A stretch of 64,000 bases of DNA from Strigamia acuminata. Its lineage: Eukaryota. Numbering within the stretch: the first letter of the stretch is position 1; each line of letters opens with the position of its first letter. Positions 13,801 to 28,800 of the stretch are shown piece after piece. Made by a program: the position numbers and the translations under genes. The stretch lies in contig OX442314.1 of the NCBI GenBank assembly GCA_949358305.1, positions 13,826,001 through 13,890,000 on the forward strand, given 5' to 3'. The notes under the pieces are model-generated. The model did no database searches, was not told the DNA's origin, and was given only the letters and a program-made list of their open reading frames with translations.

Positions 13801-16800
13801 AAATACTTGCTTCGATGGTGCGATGGCATCATCAATAATTGACACGTAAGTTCTTGAACAAAAGTACTTTTGCTAACATCTACCAAGTAAATTCAAAAAA
13901 AATAATAATTTTTTTTGTATATATATATATATATATATGTATATAATTATTATTACCTTTGCTTAATTGATGGATTGACAAAATATTATTGAAGATATCT
14001 CGTGCAAAATGACGAACCCCCTATAAAAAAGAACCATAGGCAAAAACAAGTTGACAAGCGGGAAAAAGAAATCACTTGCAGGAATGGGAAAAAGTTATTG
14101 GGCTAGATAAATCAGGAAACAGACAATGGCGATATTTCTTGAGTTTCAGCAGGCGACTCACATCAATAAAGTGCTCCCAGTGTGACCAGAGAAAATCCAT
14201 CAACTGTTGGTTGACGTGACTACTTCCTTCCAGGAATTGGCGGTGCAAATGTGTGGTGCGAGTGGAATTCTCCAATAGATCTCTATTTAACGAGCCAGCG
14301 AAAAAGAATTGAAATTGGCACCCAATATCACCTACATTTCCAAAGCATTAATAAGCGAGCTATAAATCGAGCAAACGATAAAAGCGAAAGGAAACACCCT
14401 GTAAACGTCTTTCTACTGTGAAAATTGAATTCGATTGCAAAATAAATCAACTACACTTTCTCTCTCTCTCTCGCTCTATGGTTGATGCAACAATTAATTG
14501 ATCAAGTTGATGTTAATCACACGTGCCTACAATTTGATTTACAATTGCCACTTCACATTGCTGCGTTTAAAACACGTGGAGCAATTGAGAAACAGGGGTT
14601 CTGGGGGTCCTCCAGTCCAATTATATTTAATCAAATTGCACAGAAAAATTGTTGATTGCCAGCGCGAAATCATCTCTTTTCCTTTCACATACGAGCCGTT
14701 AAAATGATGCTCACATCTGTTTGTCGTACAATTTCTATATATAAAAGCCGGTTCGTGAACTTTGCTAGATTCGCTCGTTTTGGAAAATGTAGCAAGTCAC
14801 GCTAACAAACTATTGCCAGTGACCTCACGAACAAACTTACTTGACCCTTTGAGTCCAGAGCAGAAGACCTTTGCAGCAGTTGATTGTGATGGTGGAATCC
14901 CCACTACAAAAATAATAAAAAGACAAAAAAAATATATAAAAAAAAAAATGATAAATTTTTTATATATTTTTTAAAAAAAAATATAAAATAGAACAATTAT
15001 TAATTTTTATTTCTTGGCAGCACATCTTATCCTCTGCACCTATGGTTATTTAGAACGGGGAACAAATATAATCACCATTAGCGGCAGCTGCCAATCCATT
15101 AGACTGAAGCACCCCGAAGGGAAATGTGCTTTTTAATCCTCTTAACCAAGAAAATTTATTCATTTTTTAAGATAGTTCGCCCTCCCCTAGCCCCGAATAA
15201 GCTTTTAATTATTAGTTAAGGTTCGGTCGAGTGATGTGTAAAACGCATCATCAATTCACCTGTTGGAGATCCGCATCAGTTCCGGGAGAAGAATCTCGAC
15301 GAGAGGTGACGCCGTCTCTGCCGGCTCTTCTTTGCCTAAATCGGTCAAGTGAACGGTGCAAAGAAGGCCACAGGTGAGACACAGCTGCGAAGTCGTCGGT
15401 AGGGCTCCCAGAAGAGATAAGGTGAATGGAAGGTCAGCTGGCAATCCTTCCAACTGCTGTTCAATGTTAAATTTCGGTTCCCCTGCTTCACAGCCACTTT
15501 CTCGTTTTTCTTCTTCAGTTTTTTGCGGGTATGCCACTTGCAGAATCTAAGAGAAAGGAGCATAAATTGACTTGGAATCAATAAAAAGTGGAAATTATAT
15601 CACAAAAAGAAGAGAGAAAAAAATATTTTTCTTCCAGTAATTGCATTCTTTGGGATTTATGAAGCTTGAAACATTTATAATACAACAACGTGTTCATTAT
15701 GCAGTAGATATGAAGTAATAAAACTTTTAATACATATGAATGATGGAGCTTTCTATTTTTTAATGTTCTCCTCACCCTCGAAAAAAAAATCTCCTGCTTT
15801 CACATACAGTAAAAAAAGAAAAAAAAAAAAGAAAAAAACAGTTTGAGCTTGCTTTTGCTCTCCAAAATGGAGAAAACGCAGGCATTTTAGAGTGGGAAAA
15901 GACCGGGTAAGAATTTATGGGCTAAAGGCAGGCAATCAATCTTTAAGCGATGAAATCAAGGGGTAAAAATGTATTCAGTTCAATTTTCGCCCTTCTCATC
16001 TCCATTGCCAGCTGTTCTAAACTATGATAAGCAATTCAGTTTGTATAAGAATAAGATAAGCTCTATAGCTGTGCACTTATTTAAATGCTATTTTCACTTT
16101 TTTTGATCAATAGGCTGCCATATAATTCCACAAACAGTGGCGAGAAGAAAAAAAAACCCTGAAATAGCCAATTTTTTTTGCCAACTACACGGAGATACAA
16201 TCGCCATACTCCATTTAACCGTAAGTAATTTTTTTAAATGTAAAAAAAATCAAAAAAAAATCGATTAACTTGTAAACTGTTAGTTCTTTCTATCTTGATG
16301 AAACAACATTCTATCCTCCTCTCACTTCAAAAAAAAAAAAATTTTATTATAAATTTTTTATTTTTATTTTTTCCTTTTATTGATTGACAGTAGAGACTTG
16401 ACTTTTTTTTCTCCTTTTTTCTTATTCCCAACTGTCGGATGCTCAAAGCGAGTAAACTCTGGAAGCAATACAATCGGTGCAGCATTATGTCCTCCAGAGA
16501 TTCAATAAAATGTTTGATCCCGCCGTGTGGGCAACTGACTGTTTGGGATCGGGGAAAGAGAAGACGAAGTGAAGTACAAGCCCTCCTTCCTTTCTTTCTT
16601 TCTCTGTGGAGAATGTGGAGATGGAGGTTGACGGGGTGGCGCTGTGTCAGGGACCCATCAGCAAAGCTGTCGTCACAAGTGAAAAGAATGAGACTGATGA
16701 GACGAAAGAAGGCATACAAATATCGCACAAACCTTCCCTTTTCTCTCATTCGAGTGAAAAGGAGTTTCGGGTATCTCTTCTCAAACACGACAAGGGCAAG

Positions 16801-19800
16801 CAATCAACAACCTGCTGCTTGCAATGCGTTTGATTATACACCCCGCGCCAATGGGTATTCAAAAGCGCCATTGCCCCGTTAACTCGCAAAAGTTAATCAA
16901 AGGGTTGAACGAACCTTGCAAAGAGCCGCGATCAGAAAGGAAAATAATCCATGGAATTTGAAAATTCGATTATATCTCGGGAAATTTCTATTATGCGAAT
17001 TCCATTTCCATCAAAAAGAGAAATAAAATGAAAAGATTTTTTCTCCCTTCGCCATATGAAGAAGCAATTACTCGAGTATATGAAGGAAAGAAGAACTGTC
17101 ACCCATCTATCCCCATGTGAGCAAACTTAACCCCCAACCTCCCTCATTCCCTAAGCCATTAAAATGATTGATCGGGGCGAGATGAGTGGCATCGAGGGAA
17201 TACGTGGCCCATTCCGGCGTGCTATTTTTTTTTAATGTTACTTCTCTATCTCATTAAGGGATTTGTTTGATTCTTCGAGACGGAAAGTTGAGACCATTTC
17301 TTTCTTTTCTTATCCCATTCACCTCTTGACCCCCTTTCAGCTCTGGGGAAATGTTAAAAGAGGTGAAATGGCATTTTCTCATCTTGCTAGGTGCATTGCA
17401 ATCTGCCTATGAAATTTCTTGGCTCCTAACAACTTCATAATTGATGAGTTCAAGGCACGGTCAGAGGACATGGGGAATTCTCGAGACCCTGAACCTCGAG
17501 AGGCCATAGAGAAAAAGGGGGATGAAGCCGAGCATATGATGCACTCGCAAGATCCGTCTGAATCAGCGAGCAGGGTGCGCTTCAATTATTGACTTGCACG
17601 GAGCAAGGTACGAACAGTCGGAGCAAGGTGACTCGGGGCTCGGGGGAGGGGGAGGGGGGAGGAAAGAGAAATGGTGTCGGTTGACATTGGCTAATTAGCA
17701 AGAGGTTTTAAATTCTCTTTTTAATCAAGCAACGTTTGACTGAGTTTGCTGGGTAAATAAATTTGGACTATTTCGAGTCTGATGGTGAAGGAAATGGTGT
17801 GTTTTGTGAGTAGTGGGCTCATTTCCTGCATCACTGTTTATTTTGGTGAGGTCAGTGGTTGAGGAAGTTCAGTTTCTGAGCTGTGTTTGTTCCATCTGAA
17901 GGGGTTTTAACTGGGGTTCGGGCATCTATTATTCAGGATTACCCGCTTGTCTACAACAGCTGTGCATAAATTTGTAGGGTTAAAAAAAGGAAAGTTTAGA
18001 AAAAAGCAGTCGTCTTGTAAACAAATCACAGACTTGTTTTTGTAGTCTACTCGAAATATAGAAACGAAATAAATAAAGAAAGAAAAATTGAGAAATTCGA
18101 TACATTTCAAAGAAAAACATGAGTTTGTGCGTGCGCATTTGTTTAAGAAAATAAACAGTCGCTTTCAGTTGTTTGTGAATCAACGTTTGATCTTGCATAC
18201 TAATGAAAAAGCAATGTTTTCAAAAACGTTAAAAACAAATATTTAAAAGAAAAAATAGAGTTAGTGTGACAGATGTTTTGTGTACTTAGAGAATTTATTG
18301 ATCCTTCTTCTCTCCTTTCTTTATCACGTTGTCGAGTGATTTTGGACAAGCCAACTGGGTACTCTAAAAATACATTCGACTGATAAAAATGTTCAGTTTT
18401 ATAAATTTCATTCCAGTTAAACCTTCAAAGTTCAACCATTTCATTTCTATAATTACATTAATGAGTAATTAATGAGTGATTCTGGCACTGATACCACTCT
18501 TTTCTTGAAAATAATGTATATATAAATAAATTAAACAAGAAAAAAAAACGAAATAAAAAGCTTTTCCCCAAAGTATACAAACAAATTCACTCTAAAGATA
18601 TTTGGCAAATTTCCATGCGAGAAGGGAGAAAAGGAAGAGAAAAAGATTACTTGTTAATTAAGTAAATAAAACGACCTAAACAGAGAAAGAGGCTTTTTTT
18701 TCAGCTCCTGAATCAATGAGCCATTTGGGTTGAATCTCTTTTAATTTGCCGCCATGTTCGAGAAGAGTCAAGAGACTGTCATCAAAGGAGGAAAACGTTG
18801 TAATGAATCCAGAGATCTTTTCCACGTCCGGTCTTAACGACCAAATACAAGGCTAGGTGGACTTGTCACAACGTCTATGCACTCGACAAAGGAAATCGAG
18901 TGGGTGAATAGACGCAATGGGCGATTGCCTGGAACAATTTCCATTACAAGCTTGGTAGAAAGGAGTGGCCTCTTAACCACAAAGATCTCAGTACTCCACA
19001 ACAACAGTCTGCAGGGAGAACCACTACATGTTTTTTAAGACAAACCTTTTTCTGGTCAGCCATCCAGGCAAATTGGTTCTACAAACAACTTGTTGTTGTT
19101 ATTGTCTTGAAAGCTTTAAGTGAATGTCTCGCTTAAATTCGCTTGCCAACTAAAGTGACTTTTGTTGTTATTACGGCCCGTTCAAGCCTTTAATTATAAA
19201 TTGGCCGATACGACATAAGTGCTCGTGGTTTTGTATGCACAATTGCATACTTCAATAGTGATGACTCGACATGTTGGTCATTAATGATGCTCGTAGTACT
19301 GTCTCGATAAAGTGGTGTGACAAATGTCACCATTAAAAGCCCATTTTTGTTCTTTTTATATATATACAAAAAAAAGAAGTCTTGAACTTTTAGATTCAGT
19401 TACAAAATGTAATTACATTTTCTTTTGGGAAAAAAGGTAGTAAAAGCCTTAAAAAACAGCCACTGTCGTGCGAGAAGATTTAAGTCGGGCTGCCAATTCG
19501 CAGCAGATATTTATTAGCACCATCTGAGCTCTTGTGTGATGTTCGCTTTTGGACGTGGGTGGATACTAAAGTGCATCTTTAGGTGACTTTCATTCATTGC
19601 ACGCTATGACAGCTCGTGTCCTACTTGTGGAGATGTTTGCTTTTATACTTCCGCCTACTCTCTATCGCCCTTCACCCTCAACGTGACACTGAAAAGTTTT
19701 TTTTCCCTGCCATTCCAAGGTGTAAAATGAAGGCGTGTCGACGAATAATGCATTCCTGAGAGGAAACGTCTTTTCATTAGGCTGTAAGTTACTCAAAGAC

Positions 19801-22800
19801 AAAAACAATTTACATTGGAATTGAAAAAGGAGGAAAACGTTATGAGGATACGTAAAGTGGTGCTTCACTCGTGTCATGGAAACGAACTTCATCTTAATAG
19901 GTGTTTGTATTACCTTGTCTTCTTTTGTATAAACAAATTTTAATATGCATGTTGCATTCAACGTTGTGTTTAGTTTTAATATTAAAGAATCTTGTTGATG
20001 AACAAAATTTCAGCTTAAATAGGCTAATAAACACAAGAAGCTACGAAATTAAAACTATTTTCCTTTCATAAAAAGCAAACGGGAAGTCAGAAAAAAAGGT
20101 CAATCAGTGTGGGGGAAGAGGACGTGCTTAGAACTTGCGACGACATTAAATTAAGAAAGAAAATTGCACGTTCAAATGGTAATATTAACATGTATGGAAA
20201 TACTAACAAATCGTGCCTTGAGGGAAAGCTCTTCGCTTGCTGTGGGAAAGTAGAGCTGCAATCTAGTGCGCCTGCATCACTTTGTGCTGCTTTTCAGCTC
20301 CAGGGATATTTTGCCAAGTGATAAGAAGGTTGTAAACAAATATTTGATCAAAAGGTTCCTCGTGTTTGTACTTGGATCAGTGTAGGCCACCTAAGTGCAT
20401 TGGACTTTGAAATTTTTCTAACCACGCACATAGTACAATCTGACTTTTTTATTATGGGAAAAACGGGAAAGAAAAAAAGCCACCACCACAACCATCATAT
20501 TTTTATCGTGCAAAAGAATAATAAAAATGGAAAGGAAAAAAAATAAACGAGAAAAGAAAATTATCGTCTGTGAATTCTTTTACGATTACACAAACTGCTG
20601 TTCATGAACTCTTGTGGTCCATTTTAGAGGCCAGTTTATAAGCTCGTTCTCAGAATGCTACGAAGAAAAGGAAAAAAAAATATAGTAAAGGCACTGAAGT
20701 GGGTGCCAGTTCATGGATTGGGTCTGTTTACGGGCCCCATTTATTCTGCCTGGTCTCAGATTTAATGCGTTGTTGTAAAGGGAGTTGAGTTGTATCGAGG
20801 GAATATAAGCGAACACAGCTCGGCCACGGACACACAGCTTCTTTCCTACCTGCTGGACGTCATCTGTTGGCAGATTCCACTCTTACTCATCTTAGTTTGC
20901 AGCGAAATTCAATCAAGCTTGAGATGAAAACAATTTTTTTTTGGAATTTTGATTGAGTCTTTTACAATTCTTTGCTACGTAATTACACAATTGAATAGAT
21001 GTAAGGAAATAAAAATTCAAATGTTGGTTTCAGAGGGGAGATAGATAAATAAAAAGAAAGAAAAAAAAGAAAAAAAAAAACCGAGATTCATTATCATAAA
21101 CTGGTAAAATGTAAAATTTCCTGAATAGATTTGAGAGAGAAACTTTCTCCCTTCTCCCTTGTAATGTAGGTGTGCGTGGGTGGTAGGGGAAAGGGGTCGT
21201 AAACATTAATTAAACCGTCGTAACTGGGCTTCAGGAGTGCTCATTAAAAGATAATCACATATACGTGCACGCTAAGGAAGAGGAAAGCAGCTTTGCATTA
21301 CTTGCATTGCATTATGTCTAGGTCAAGGGGAAAAAATTTGATATGCAAGCTTGCAAGATGGCAGCTCACACACTTTTATACTTGTGCTACTTACCACTGG
21401 AAAATAATCAGCGCCCACTATGGATTTAAGGAGCAGTGGAACTGCCATGCCGCAATGCATTCTGCAATCCAGCAGAATTCCATCTACAAATAGGTCGTAA
21501 AGAGAAAAATTAAAAACCGTAAAAGTCTATAAAAATGCATATCTTTGAGTGTACTGAACGGATGAGAAAGGGTAGAGCGAAATAGGAGGAGAAAAAGGGA
21601 AGAAGTTACTTCCCTCCCCTTTTTTTGTTGTTGCTTAAAGTCGTTTCGTTTCTACTTTACTTCCCCCCTTCAAGCAGATCAATTTTTAGAATTTAACTTG
21701 GTGTTTTTTTTAAAAAAAAAATAAAAAAACAAGGAGGAAAAAACTTGATTTTAGTTGAAAAAAAAAACACAATTGACTATACATTTTTTTGTGTTGCTCT
21801 TATAGAACTGAATTCCATTTTTCCAATATTGCCTTCATCTTGGTACTAAATTTTTAATTTAAATTTCAATAGAATTATATTTTTTTAAAAATTTAATTTC
21901 TAAATGTAATTTCCATGTATTTAAGTTAGAATCTTTTCAAGCGATTTCTTTCAACCTTGTACCAACTAAAATTGCTATAAGCTGTAATATTACCAGATGA
22001 CTGCAGGATGTTTATTTGGAAAAACCAATAAAATGATCCCCCATAAAATTCCGAATTATTTAAATATTTTTCATCCACTAAAGTTAAAATCTAAATTCTA
22101 ATTTTTCAAAACGAAAAGAAAGATAGTTTAAAAGGCAAATAATATTAAATTAAATGCAAGTCCAAATCCTGGAAATAAAATTGCAAATTACGCGCAAGAA
22201 CTTAAGCTTCATTAGCACTAGCTGCCTCAACTCAGATTATAAAATTTCTTGCAGAAGCCGTTCCAGTCCCCGCCACTCCACCTCAACCGGAGGAAAAAAT
22301 AATTTCCATCATTTCAAAAAATGTAAATATCACCGCTGCACGACATTAGTTTGTTCAGGCATGCATCGTTTCTGACATTTGCCTAATTATTGATTCGATT
22401 TTATTAAATGAGACGAATCTAATCACGTCAAAGTGACTGCAATAAATTACTTTCATTCTCGATCGAGTGTAAATAAACATGCCAAGCGCAGGTCCGCCTT
22501 TTGGGCCAACTTTCGAGTGCATGGATTCGACATCTTACCGTCATTGAGGCAGGCGAGCACGTTGTGAACGATGTGGGCCAACATTTCTAAAACGAAATCC
22601 CGTTTGCTCGAAGAGGTTAGAAGTGCTTGAATTGAAGGCGCACATTTCTGCAAGACTAGCACCAGACTCCGTACCACAGCTTGAAGACTTTGGCAATGGA
22701 GTGTCGCCTCCAACGGACTGCATGTTTTTCTGTTTAAAAATAAATACAATTAAATTATCAAATTTTTTTCCGTTTTTCTCGTCAACAGCGTTCCACGTAA

Positions 22801-25800
22801 ACAAGTCAATAAGCGCGGGAGATTATTGGGTGATTGGAAACGGAAATGAAAAGATTAGAACGCAAGCTTAAAGTAAATCACCAGACAGATTCTTAGGTTG
22901 CTTAATTACTTGGGAATTGAGTACAAATCAAATCCACCTAATTATCACAAAATCCGGGAGGGAAATTAGAAAAATTTCGAACTAGACTCGAAGAAAAACA
23001 AAGTTGAATATTGGGATTAAATGGAGGAAATTTCATCCGGTTATGTTTGTAGAGATTAGTAAATAATAAGAAGAAAAAAAGCAAGCAAAAGAAAAAGATC
23101 AACACGGTGCAAAGGGAAGAAAATCAGTGCGAAAGAAGAAAAGTGAATCACAGCTGGTAGAACTGCGAAAGTCTAATCCCAATTTGCCAGAGCATGGCGT
23201 GTGGAAATGGAATTGGCAGATCTGCAATCCTCTTTTACACTTGAGTACAATGCGCCAATGACGCGTGCCAATGATTTCTGCATTCATTTTTTCATTCATT
23301 TACTTTTTTCTCAACCAACTAATTATTATTCCTGTACGCAATGATTTTTTTCCCGACTAATCTTGCAGTTTGAATGCAAGATTCAAATCAATAAATGTTC
23401 GGTGGCGCTATCGACACTTCGACATCAATGTATTCCCAAATGAGGTATTGCGAATTGATAAATGACAGCTCGAACCGGACATTGGCTAGTGACAGCGCTG
23501 TTATCGGTTCAAAAATTGGATCTGCAGACCTGGCAACTTGTCTAATTAACGCTCAAAAATGGTGATCATGTGAGGCATCCTACTTGTTTACTGCGATGGG
23601 AAGTGGAGCTGTTGGCCCTAGTTAATTCCATTACAAAAGCGCAGATGCTCGCAAGTAAGCAACATCAATGAAGCGAGCTAAGCAAGATGCTTAAAGCGCA
23701 TACCTAATGTGTTTACATTTTAAACTTCGGTTTTAAACAAAACGAGCCCAATAGCTCAGGGTACTAGGGTAGGGATAATTAATTCTTACCTGAGTTGTTG
23801 TGTAAGTAAAATAAGCACATGGTTCGAAAATTCAAGCACTGGAACGAAAATAAACAAATAAATAAATAAACAAAGGCACAAATACAGTTTGTCAGTGAAT
23901 TTATTTTCAAGTAATTTTCCTAGTAAAGAAATGCATCTGGATGCGCAAACATTCTTATCAGCACGAAACTTTTAACTAACATCATTTATTCCTAATTTCC
24001 TCCAATTTATCTCGCTTTAAATTAGAAATTGTAAACAAAATTCAGAGGACACGTAAAGATTGCATCGACGAAGAGGATACGATAAAATTCATGAACCAAT
24101 TTCTATGCAGGTCAGTTGTTTCTCCATCTTGACCTCAATTTACATTGGCATTAATTACCGCAAATTGAACACTCTTGTTTGCCACCAATCCACTGCTCGT
24201 GATACCATAGTTTTAAGCATCCTTGGCGAGATGCCACGTTAAGAAGAAAGCAGCTCACGTATTGATTCAACGGCACTGCACACACTGTGCAAGGACGTAG
24301 TAATGCCATTGACACTATCGTCAACACGTTGCGAGAGAGGAAATCCTTTGCATTGGGCTTGGTTGAGTTTATAAAAAGAAAAAAAAAGGAAAAGAAGGAA
24401 AAAGAATGTGGGAATAAAATCATAGATTTTTCTGAAACGTGTTAAAAATATTTGTAAGGGTTGCGTTGATTGAATGTGAAGGTCAAGTGAAAGTTACCAT
24501 GCGTATATCGTCTTTAAGTCTTTTGTCGCGCTTTTAGCATCTATCTGACGTACGTGCAGAGATTAAAACGTATAGAGAGGGAAATTAATTCTGTAGTTCT
24601 TAATTTATTTTATGAAATGGAAGGCAAATTGCATCCGTGTTTGTTTGTTACATCGCACGATTCTACGTTGTGTTGATGTTGTATACATAATAAGGCAGCG
24701 ATCGAAAGGTGAGAAATAGAGCGCATTCGATCATGGATGTCAACACGGATGAGCAAAACGGGCGGCAGGCCAAGAATTGGAAGAAGGGAAAAAAAATAAA
24801 TTGATGTTATGTATCGATCTAAAAATTTGGTAAATGAAAAGATAAAATTTTGGTCAAAACTCAAAATCTGTGGGTTAAATATAAAAATAATAATAAGAAA
24901 AAGAATTTTCATATTTATAAGCAATAATGGAAGTTCTAGTTTGGGTAGGCCTATTAATATATTTAAAGATTGAAGAACCCACGCCTAAAGAATGCAATAT
25001 AATGAAAGAAACATGAGCAAGAAAACTGTTTCCTCGCGTTCCCAGTCGTCTAGAAAAAAGACAAAAACTATACTGTCAAACTTTCAATGGGAGACCACAG
25101 ACAGACAGCACAAAGCTTGCCAACTGTCAAATTATTCAAATGTCCATTACTACATCCACTCTATACAAATGAAGTGACAAACTTCGATTGGTAACTGGGC
25201 TTAGAAAAGCAACAAAAAAATTGAATACAAAGTGAATGAGCCTTAATTTCGATCAAACATTAAAATATTCCAATACTTTTTTGCAAATTTCGAATTATTT
25301 CGATTATAATTCAGAAATATTTCAAAGCTGTTTTTCGTAACCGGCATTCACAATTCCTAGCTTCGGATTGGCTGAGAATCAAGTATTTCTGGGCATGCGC
25401 ACAAATTAAAACCACTATTTTTTTACAAATATATATATATATATATACTGTATATATATATATAAAACAAATCAAACCCACAAAATAAAAAATAAACAAA
25501 TAATACCTCATTACCGGTATATTATTTTGCCCTCGTTCAACAAAAATACTAAGAATAGAAACAACACCCCACAACAAGAATAAACTGCATTTCAGAAGTC
25601 CAGCCTGTTAGCAATTGCAAATACGAAAGGCTAGTCACACAGATTTCCCACATGCATCATCAGAAACTCAGATAATGCAGTGGAATTGTTATTTCGCAAC
25701 GACTTTTCTTTTCTCCCTTTTCTGCAATTGTAAATTCTTCTTCCGATATTTGGTTTTCACAAATATTCCAAATGGCCATTTCTGGTGGATTTAAAATGGG

Positions 25801-28800
25801 GGAAACGAGCATACACTGAAAGAAAAATGCAGACCATAAATATGTGCATGTGAATTTTTCATGTTAAAGATTTTAATCCTGGCTCGATACACAATTTTTC
25901 CCCCCCCAAAAATGTAGAGGAAATGCATCTGTGCTAGCAACATCCGTTCACGTGTTATCTCTTTTGTGCTTTCACACCCCATTCTCACCTGCAGGCAGAT
26001 TAAAATATGCAAGAGAGGGTTCCATAAAAATAAAAATAAAATTATCTAGCACCAACAAATTTAAGTGCAAGAAGTAAATGAAATTATATGTGACAAAAAA
26101 TCTCCTTACTGCACCTCATACGCTTCAAAAATATATTTAACAATAAATATATTGTAAAATATAATGAATTTCGCGGAATTAAGTTATTATTTCTACATTT
26201 TATGATGCATTTTACAATACAAATGAAAGAAATGCATTTTACGAAATGTATTACCATTTGCAAATAATAGCATGCAAAAATGTATTAGAAAATGCATTTT
26301 CATGAAGCCCAATGTATTTCCAAATCCATTGCAATATAAATTACACAATGATGGATACCGAACACAAATCTTTGCCCTTCACTTCGACCAGGCTTATTAA
26401 TTGACTTCAATTAGTGCGCACAAATATAGTGTTTTTGGTCACACCCATTTCCTCTCATTTCCATGCACGAATACGGCAGAGTTTGCACACATTTCTGCCA
26501 TCTCGATGCAGCTCTTTAAATTAATGAAGCGAGTGCAATAATCCAATGTGACACCATTTGCAAGGAAGAAAACAGGAAAATTTATATTGCAACACCATTA
26601 ACCCAACCCCAATCGAATGACGGGGTGTGGTAGGCAAAGCGAGCTTGTTAGGGAAATATAAGATCACACCTGACTAATACCCTAAACCTATACAAAGGAG
26701 TTCCCCGCCTCAAACATTCACGACCACAGGAAACTTGCTGCAAAGCTCTTTAGCACACACACAAACGGCTGCATCCAATAGTACTAGACATTTGTACTTA
26801 GAGCTTGCTCCATTGACAGCAGCGAGTGCAACGATCGAGACAAGTTCAATATTTGAGTGCTCAGGTTTCATTTCTGCAGAGAAGAAAGGGATAAGAGAAG
26901 GGGAGTAGGGAAAAAAATGTGTGGGTGGTTGAAATTCCTATTTTAGCTAAAAAAAAGGGACATTTTCACTTGATATCCTCAAATCTCACACGAATTTATC
27001 GGTGGATATTTTCTTGACTGTATATCTGTACGTGGGTGAAGCCGCTCAAAATGTCAGTTGGATTTGAGTTATGTGCAGTCGTAAGGGGCAGCATTTCGAC
27101 TCGTTTAGTTTATTGTTGAGTTTGTATTTTATTTATTGTCTACGCCCTGTTAGTTAACCCGGCTTAAGTTGATGGGTAGGTAAGGCGGGTTTTTGAAAGT
27201 AATGTACTGTGTATGAGGTTATCTCACGAAAATTCCATTTATATTAATCATGAAAGAGAAATTCATTTCCGTTTTCAACTACGGAAATGAATTCGCGACT
27301 CGTTTTTTTATAGTGAAAATATTAAAATAATGATTTTCTCAATTTTTTTTTTTTAAATTCCATATTTGGAGTTTAAAAAGAAAAATTACTGAATAGTAAA
27401 TTGAAGTATTTTTTTATTTTCTCGTTTTTTTTCTGTCAATAAATTGTGTCGTTTTTTTCGCGCGGTAAATGGTGTCCTTACTGGAGTCAGAGTCCTTTAA
27501 TTCATTTATAAGGTGCAACTTTTTCAATTGGATTCAGCGCTTGCAAGTGGCAAAAATTCAGTTCCCTTGGTATCATACAGTAAATTCTAGTTTTCCAAAG
27601 GGGTTACTCCTATGGGAAACTTCTCAAAAACTCCACAGGGAGGAAGTGGGAGGAGGTTCCCAATTTTGTTTCCACGCAATTTCGTTGCATGTTCTGCTCC
27701 ATTACACGCTCCGTGCACGAAATACTATGCCTGTACTTGTGAGGTTTGTTGACTAAAATTACAGCTTAATAAATTTGTGAAGCTGTGGAATTCAAAAAAG
27801 AGAAATGTTTTTCATTTCCTCCCATCCACTTTCTATTTTTTTTTATATTTTTCTCAAAAAAAAAAAAAAACAAAAAAAAAAAATTCTTGTCTGAATGAGT
27901 GATTTTCTTAATTCATCTTTCCAAGTAAAACATTCTTTAAACTTATGCCCCTTGAAAGTGTTCCAAGACGTTGGTTTGGCCTTAGACTCATAAATCTTAC
28001 GCCAACTAGACAAAGTGACAGTCCTAGAACAAAACAACCTGCATTACATTTACTTTACATTGTTTTTACATAAATTCACATGTATAATCTCCATACCAAA
28101 AAAAATAAAATTCAGCTTAAAAGCAACAATAAATAAAAGAACATCGACAAAACCAAATTCACAGTTTATCTCCAATTCTTCTCGCCAATAGAAATTTGCT
28201 CTGACAATCCACTACCAAGAATTCTTCGACAGTGACGAGAAAAGAATTTTTTTTTTATTCCCACACAACCCTTCTCGCTATTTTTTTTATTGCAGCCAGG
28301 ACAAATGAAATCAGGTGATGTACACGGTAATAAAAACTCTACGACTCTGGAATTGTGATATTCACACACATACACACAACTGGCGTCTTTAAAGTACAAA
28401 CTTCATAATAATTCTTTCCATTTTCTACTTCTTAAACTCAGTCGTCGCCCAACTTGACATTGATATCGACTTAAAATAAGACGCCAAGTCCCCACCGACA
28501 CCTCTTTCCCTCTTTCCCCCTTTCTCAACATCGCTAAATTAATGAAAATCAATGTGATTATGGCAGTGCATCGAGGCGTGTTCGTCTGTGAATAGAAGTG
28601 ATTTGAGTTGCATCTTTTAGCATCCTTTACAAAGACTCCTCTGCCTATAATTTTGAAATCACTCATCCATACATTCGATGGGTCCATGCGAAACTAAATG
28701 CGTGCTGAGGGAGTGGTAAACACGGGTTGACACCATGCCAACTACAAACCAATATCAGCTGGAGCTAAGCAGCTGCCAAGAAAAGAGCTATTTCTTTAAA

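Noticed and set aside
16327..17590. Overlapping ORFs 16327-16803, 16439-16882, 16606-16833 and 17379-17585 as a nested gene
   Set aside because: No recognisable domain, no consistent exon chain, and ORFs of similar length on both strands; treated as intronic sequence.
19515..19536. TAGCACCATCTGA, matching the 5' part of miR-29-family sequences
   Set aside because: The 3' half diverges and there is no complementary 5' arm to form a precursor.
19914..19990. Phase 1-0 - strand segment (DSLILKLNTT...KEDK) as a THADA exon
   Set aside because: Weak AAG acceptor. Exon 21483-21395 has stronger splice sites and a better sequence match.
23743..23775. GCCCAATAGCTCAG resembling a tRNA 5' end
   Set aside because: No anticodon arm, T-loop (GTTCRA) at the right distance or acceptor-stem complement, and it runs into a THADA splice donor.
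24259..24345. 87-nt - strand exon-like segment (AAG acceptor, GTGAGC donor) as the missing THADA exon
   Set aside because: Weak acceptor without a pyrimidine tract and no THADA similarity. The 33-nt exon at 32130-32098 fits the gap better.
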